Below are positions 51,039 through 55,467 of a DNA stretch of 55,467 bases, in pieces. Positions within the stretch are counted from its first letter, which is position 1, and each line of letters begins with the position of its first letter. The position numbers were made by a program, and so were the translations under genes. This stretch comes from an uncultured Clostridium sp. (GTDB lineage Bacteria > Bacillota > Clostridia > Oscillospirales > CAG-272): positions 1-55,467 of the forward strand of contig CAYXBU010000004.1 in the NCBI GenBank assembly GCA_964463245.1, read 5' to 3'. The notes beneath the pieces are model-generated. The model saw only the letters and a list, made by a program, of their open reading frames with translations, was not told the origin of the DNA and ran no database searches.

Positions 51039-54000
51039 TTGCTTCAATTAAAGAACATTGAGAAGATCTACGACGCGGGGGACTCCAAGGTTCAGGCACT
51101 GCGCGGCGTGAGCATTGAGTTCCGAGAGAACGAGTTCGTTTCCATTCTGGGTCAGTCGGGATGCGGAAAGACCACCCTGCTCAACATCATCGGCGGGTTG
51201 GATCGCTACACCGAGGGCGACCTCGTGATCAACGGCAAGTCCACGAAGGACTTCAAGGATCGGGATTGGGACACCTACCGCAACCACAGCGTGGGCTTCG
51301 TTTTCCAGAGCTATAACCTGATCCCGCACCAGACCGTGTTGGCCAACGTGGAGCTGGCTCTGACCCTCTCAGGGGTTTCCAAGACCGAGCGTCGCCGCCG
51401 CGCCGCCGATGCCCTGCGGAAGGTGGGCCTGGGCGACCAGATGAAGAAAAAGCCCAACCAGATGTCGGGCGGTCAGATGCAGCGTGTTGCCATCGCCCGC
51501 GCCATCGTCAACGACCCGGACATCCTCTTAGCCGACGAGCCGACCGGTGCACTGGACACTGCGACCAGCATCCAGATCATGGATATCCTCAAGGAGATCG
51601 CCAAGGATAAGCTGGTCATCATGGTCACCCATAACCCCGAGCTGGCGGAGCAGTACTCCACCCGTATCGTCCGTCTGCTGGATGGTGTCGTGACCGATGA
51701 CTCAGATCCCATCCGCCCGGAGGAGCGTGACCGCCCCATCGTACGGGAGACCACCGTTGCCAAGGGGAAGAAGACCTCCATGTCCTTCCTCACGGCTCTC
51801 TCCCTCTCGCTGAATAACCTCATGACCAAGAAGGGACGCACCTTCATGACGGTCTTTGCCGGGAGCATCGGCATCATCGGCATTGCGCTGATCCTGTCCC
51901 TGTCCAACGGCATCAACGATTACATCGACACGGTGCAGAAGGACACCCTCTCCTCCTACCCCATCACCATCAACAAGCAGTCCATGGATATGACCAGCAT
52001 GATGGCGAACATGATGAGCGATAAGAGCAGCACCGTGGATTACTCCAAGCGCGACCCGAACAAGATCTACTCCAGCAATATCTTGAGCGATATGATGACC
52101 TCCATGAACGAGGGCGTGACCTTCAACAACATGAAGGATTTCAAGACCTTTATCGAGAATACCGAGGAGTTCGGGGACAAGGATATCACCAGTGCCGTTC
52201 AGTACACCTACGACATGACCATGAATATCTACAAGGAGGACACCTCGAACGGTATCCTGCAGGTCAACCCCAGTACCATCATGAGCCAGATGATGGCGAT
52301 GGTCGGTCTGACGACCTCTACCGACTCGAACATGAGTGCCATCACCAGTATGTCGGGCTTCAATGTCTGGTCGGAAATGCTGGACAATCAGACCCTGCTG
52401 GACTCGCAGTACGAGCTGCTTGATCCGGAGACCATGCGCTGGCCGCAAGCCTACGATGAGGTCATCATCGTGGTGGACAAGCACAACGAGCTGAGCGACG
52501 TTGCCCTGTACGCGTTGGGACTGCGGGACTCCGCCGAGCTGACCAAGCTCATGCAGGCCTTGCAGAAGGGCGAGACCTACGAGGTGGAGGAGTCCTCCTA
52601 CACCTATCAGGACTTGATGGATCTGTCCTACAGCGTTGTCCTGCCGGCCGACCTGTATGTCAAGAACGACGACGGCACCTACACCAACAAGAGCCGCAAC
52701 GAGGCCTTCCTCAAGGAGAAGATCGCCGAGGGTGTCAAACTCAAGGTGGTCGGCGTGGTTCGCGCCAAGGACGGTGCGGTGTCCACCTCCATCAGCGGCA
52801 CGGTGGGCTATACTCACGCCTTGACCGAGTTCGTCGTGGGGCTCAACAACAAGACCCAGCTGGTGAAGGATCAGCGGGACAATGACAAGCTGAATATCAT
52901 CACCGGGCAGGAGTTCGATGTCGGTCAGTACGACAACCTGTCCGCGGCCGAGAAGGCGGATCTCTTTCGCCGCTACGCCGCCGGAGATATGCCGTTCTCC
53001 ATGTCGCAGGACGATAAGTCCCGCGCACTGATCTCCCTGCTGGGCAGCATGAGCCCCGAGGAGCGTGAGGCTCTCCTGGACGGCTTGACCGACGAGGAGC
53101 GGGAGCACCTCCTGCAAAACCTGACCGATTTCAGCGACTATACCGCCGATCAGCTGATCGGGTATATCAAGCTGCACGGCGCCGCCCACCCCGACATTAC
53201 AGACGGCATCACCCTGTTCCTGTTCACGGATGCCGCCCGCATGACCCAGCTCTGCGGGACGCAGGAATTTAAGGATTACTTCATCTCCCTCATGCCGGAG
53301 GAGAACCGTGAGCAGATCACGGCCATGCTCAAGGATATGGACGGTGCAGGTGTGTATGCCATGGTACAGCAGTTCATGGGCATGGGCGGCGGTGCGACCG
53401 GAGACGATCAGCAGGAGCCGACCGAGATGACCCCCGAGCAGGCCGAGGCCTACGCGCAGGTCTCCAATATCGCGCTGAGTATGCTCTCCCGCGAGGAGCT
53501 GTTGAACTTTGCAAACCGTATCGCCGAGGCCGAGCTGTTTGACTCCTTAGCAAGCCTGAGCGGACAGAAGGAGCAAATGGCGGCCATTCTGGACAGCGTT
53601 CTGCCGACACTGGTCGAGGATAAGGTCGTGGCTCTGTACGACGAGTATATGCCCCAGTTGGTGTCCGACCTGACCTACGAGGAGGTCATGCGGGAGTTGG
53701 GCGGCGTGGATCTGGAGGATCCCGCCAGCATCAACATCTATGCGGCCAGCTTTGAGGGCAAGGAGAAGATCCAGAGTCTGATCGACAGCTACAATGCCTC
53801 GGTCGCCGAGGAGGATCAGATCGAGTACACCGACTTGGTCGGTCTGATGATGTCCTTCTTTACCGACGTGATCAACGCCATCTCCTATGTGCTGATCGCC
53901 TTTGTCAGCATCTCGCTGGTGGTCTCCTCCATCATGATCGGGATCATCACCTACATTTCGGTGCTGGAGCGCACCAAGGAGATCGGTATCCTGCGGGCTA

Positions 54001-54284
54001 TGGGCGCATCCAAGGGGGATGTCTCCCGCGTGTTCAACGCCGAGACCATGATCATCGGTGTGACGGCAGGCCTGTTCGGCATTCTGGTAACGGTTCTGCT
54101 GTGCTTCCCCATCAACGCGATCATTCGCTCGGTGACCGGCATCCCGATCCTGACAGCCTCCCTGCCTGTCAAGGGCGGCGTGTTCTTAGTCGCGGTCAGC
54201 GTGATCCTGACTCTGCTGGCGGGTCTGTTCCCCTCGCTGGGAGCCGCCAAGAAGGATCCCGTGGTCGCACTGCGGACAGAATAA
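51039..54284 (+). CDS. Fused ABC transporter: N-terminal ATPase + MacB/FtsX-type permease with about 640-aa extracytoplasmic domain
   Basis: 1081 aa. TTG start with GAGGAGG 7 nt upstream. Walker A GQSGCGKTT, signature MSGGQMQR, Walker B ILLADEPT. First TM helix around residue 265. C-terminal FtsX helices (ERTKEIGILRAMGASKGDV...). Confidence 0.88.
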   Translation: MLQLKNIEKIYDAGDSKVQALRGVSIEFRENEFVSILGQSGCGKTTLLNIIGGLDRYTEGDLVINGKSTKDFKDRDWDTYRNHSVGFVFQSYNLIPHQTVLANVELALTLSGVSKTERRRRAADALRKVGLGDQMKKKPNQMSGGQMQRVAIARAIVNDPDILLADEPTGALDTATSIQIMDILKEIAKDKLVIMVTHNPELAEQYSTRIVRLLDGVVTDDSDPIRPEERDRPIVRETTVAKGKKTSMSFLTALSLSLNNLMTKKGRTFMTVFAGSIGIIGIALILSLSNGINDYIDTVQKDTLSSYPITINKQSMDMTSMMANMMSDKSSTVDYSKRDPNKIYSSNILSDMMTSMNEGVTFNNMKDFKTFIENTEEFGDKDITSAVQYTYDMTMNIYKEDTSNGILQVNPSTIMSQMMAMVGLTTSTDSNMSAITSMSGFNVWSEMLDNQTLLDSQYELLDPETMRWPQAYDEVIIVVDKHNELSDVALYALGLRDSAELTKLMQALQKGETYEVEESSYTYQDLMDLSYSVVLPADLYVKNDDGTYTNKSRNEAFLKEKIAEGVKLKVVGVVRAKDGAVSTSISGTVGYTHALTEFVVGLNNKTQLVKDQRDNDKLNIITGQEFDVGQYDNLSAAEKADLFRRYAAGDMPFSMSQDDKSRALISLLGSMSPEEREALLDGLTDEEREHLLQNLTDFSDYTADQLIGYIKLHGAAHPDITDGITLFLFTDAARMTQLCGTQEFKDYFISLMPEENREQITAMLKDMDGAGVYAMVQQFMGMGGGATGDDQQEPTEMTPEQAEAYAQVSNIALSMLSREELLNFANRIAEAELFDSLASLSGQKEQMAAILDSVLPTLVEDKVVALYDEYMPQLVSDLTYEEVMRELGGVDLEDPASINIYAASFEGKEKIQSLIDSYNASVAEEDQIEYTDLVGLMMSFFTDVINAISYVLIAFVSISLVVSSIMIGIITYISVLERTKEIGILRAMGASKGDVSRVFNAETMIIGVTAGLFGILVTVLLCFPINAIIRSVTGIPILTASLPVKGGVFLVAVSVILTLLAGLFPSLGAAKKDPVVALRTE

Positions 54285-54285
54285 A

Positions 54286-54400
54286 GGCACCACCGCACAA
54301 TTCTTTTTGCGGGGTTGCGCAGTCAGAAAATTCGTCAGATGAGACAAATTTCCGCGCGCGTACTTCACCCTACGCGAATGAAATTTGTGAAATATGACGG
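54286..54400. repeat. Repeat family 2, degenerate copy (hairpin core conserved, right inverted repeat missing)
   Basis: TTCGTCAGATGAGACAAATTTCCGCGCGCGTACTTCACCCTACGCGAATGAAATTTGTGAAATATGACGG (54331-54400) aligns with 2285-2354. The left end GGCACC and 13 nt to its left also match copy 1. Confidence 0.65.
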
Positions 54401-54533
54401 ATCCTATGCAAGCAAGTGAGTAAAAAAGCTACTGCCGTGGATCGTGCGGTGTTGCCTAAAGTATACCCTGTGGGGCACGCCCGCTTTCCCGGCGGAGTGT
54501 CCCTCATTTTTTACGCTTTTTTCGGGAAAACTA

Positions 54534-54562
54534 TTGCTTTTTCTCGCAAATATATGTATAAT
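54534..54562 (+). promoter_or_regulatory. Promoter TTGCTT-17-TATAAT for the MBL hydrolase gene
   Basis: TTGCTTtttctcgcaaatatatgTATAAT, 40 nt upstream of ATG 54602. Confidence 0.55.
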
Positions 54563-54601
54563 ATAGACAGCCGCACGGCGCGGCGACAAGGAGGTTTGCA
54601 C

Positions 54602-55393
54602 ATGAAATTGACCTTTCTCGGAACCGGTGCGGCGGACTGGGACATCAACGCCTACACACCGGGGATATTTCACCGCCGATTCTCCTCGGCACTGATAAAC
54701 CGTGACCTGTTGATAGACCCGGGACCACACATATTCCATTACGCCGAGGAGCACGACCCGCACATCCTGGACGAGGTGCGGAATATCATCGTGACCCATA
54801 CTCACGACGACCATTTTTGCCCGGAGACGGTCAAGCGGCTGTGTCTGGATCGGGATTGCACCCTCTGGGGGGATATGGCCTGTCTGAAACGTCTGCGGGC
54901 GGTGCTGGGGACGGAATGCACCCGCCGCATCCGCTTCGCGGACACCCACGTCCGTCCCGAGCATCCCTATCCCATCGGGGGTTACGAGGTCTTTTCCCTG
55001 CGCTCCAACCATGCGACCGAGATACCCGAGGAGGACACCCGCCTGTACTTGATCGGGGACGGCCAGCGGTGGCTGTACTACGGCTGTGACAGCGCATGGA
55101 TCCCGACTACCTCTTGGAACGTCATGCGAGATATGCCCATCAACGCCATGGTCATGGAGCTGACCTGCGGCGAGACGGCACCCGACGATTGGCGCAGCTT
55201 CGAGCACAACACGTTGGATATGCTGGAGGTGATGCTGCGGAGCTTCCGCAAGTATGACCGCTTCGCACCGGACGTGAAATTCTATGTTTCGCACATGGCG
55301 CGTACCCTGCACACCGATCACGAGACCCTGGCGCGACGGCTGGAGCCGCTGGGGGTCACGCCCGCCTATGACGGGATGAGTATAGATATCTAA
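54602..55393 (+). CDS. MBL-fold metallo-hydrolase
   Basis: ORF track 54416..55393 trimmed to ATG 54602 (MKLTFLGTGAADW...), which has AAGGAGG 7 nt upstream. HxHxDH motif THTHDDH. Confidence 0.85.
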   Translation: MKLTFLGTGAADWDINAYTPGIFHRRFSSALINRDLLIDPGPHIFHYAEEHDPHILDEVRNIIVTHTHDDHFCPETVKRLCLDRDCTLWGDMACLKRLRAVLGTECTRRIRFADTHVRPEHPYPIGGYEVFSLRSNHATEIPEEDTRLYLIGDGQRWLYYGCDSAWIPTTSWNVMRDMPINAMVMELTCGETAPDDWRSFEHNTLDMLEVMLRSFRKYDRFAPDVKFYVSHMARTLHTDHETLARRLEPLGVTPAYDGMSIDI

Positions 55394-55409
55394 GGAACCA
55401 CTGATTTAT

Positions 55410-55467
55410 TCAGCGGCACATCTTCGGCACATCTTTTCCCGCCTGCTTCTTGCCGAAAAACTCGATG
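55410..55467 (-). CDS. 3' end of an unidentified minus-strand gene entering from the right window edge
   Basis: The rc reads ...IEFFGKKQAGKDVPKMCR-stop (TGA is the rc of 55410-55412). Only 18 codons are visible, so coding status is inferred from the convergent arrangement. Confidence 0.3.
   Translation of the reverse strand, partial: IEFFGKKQAGKDVPKMCR

Overview
55.5-kb high-GC chromosomal segment with Firmicutes/Clostridia-type gene order. An Oscillospiraceae/Ruminococcaceae-like anaerobe is my inference only. It is almost entirely core genome, and I saw no integrase, transposase, phage, CRISPR or toxin genes. Left to right: a Pro/Thr-repeat membrane protein (cut by the window edge), a Cys-rich orphan, and a cytoplasmic glycoside-hydrolase/beta-helix pair. 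Then a lipid operon (rimO-pgsA-plsY-plsY) and an rpiB-like gene plus a radical-SAM gene. Then a 12-gene minus-strand supraoperon: PF04392-type ABC importer, aminotransferase, pheA, aroB, aroC, aroE-aroK fusion, aroQ, aroA, tyrA and DAHP synthase. Then thrS behind a Thr T-box, an mgsA-like gene, and the conserved nusB-xseAB-ispA-tlyA-nadK-argR-recN block. Then argS, yebC, a MOP flippase, mutS2, transporters, two tRNAs, a 1081-aa fused MacB-like ABC protein and an MBL hydrolase. The most interesting signal is upstream of the ABC/aromatic supraoperon. A consensus promoter is followed by a 27-codon leader ORF (MAGMAHSMAVRFYSFSYFYFYSFMETK). This is followed by mutually exclusive antiterminator and terminator pairings. 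Together they look like a ribosome-mediated Phe/Tyr attenuator, which is unusual for a Gram-positive. Other signals: two mosaic intergenic repeat families, one a 161-bp element with 13-bp terminal inverted repeats nested inside the other; a small ORF between the T-box and thrS; tandem divergent plsY paralogs; an MgsA homolog with substituted catalytic residues; and a very regular TTGACA-17-TATAAT promoter series. All product calls rest on motif recognition by eye. No searches were run.
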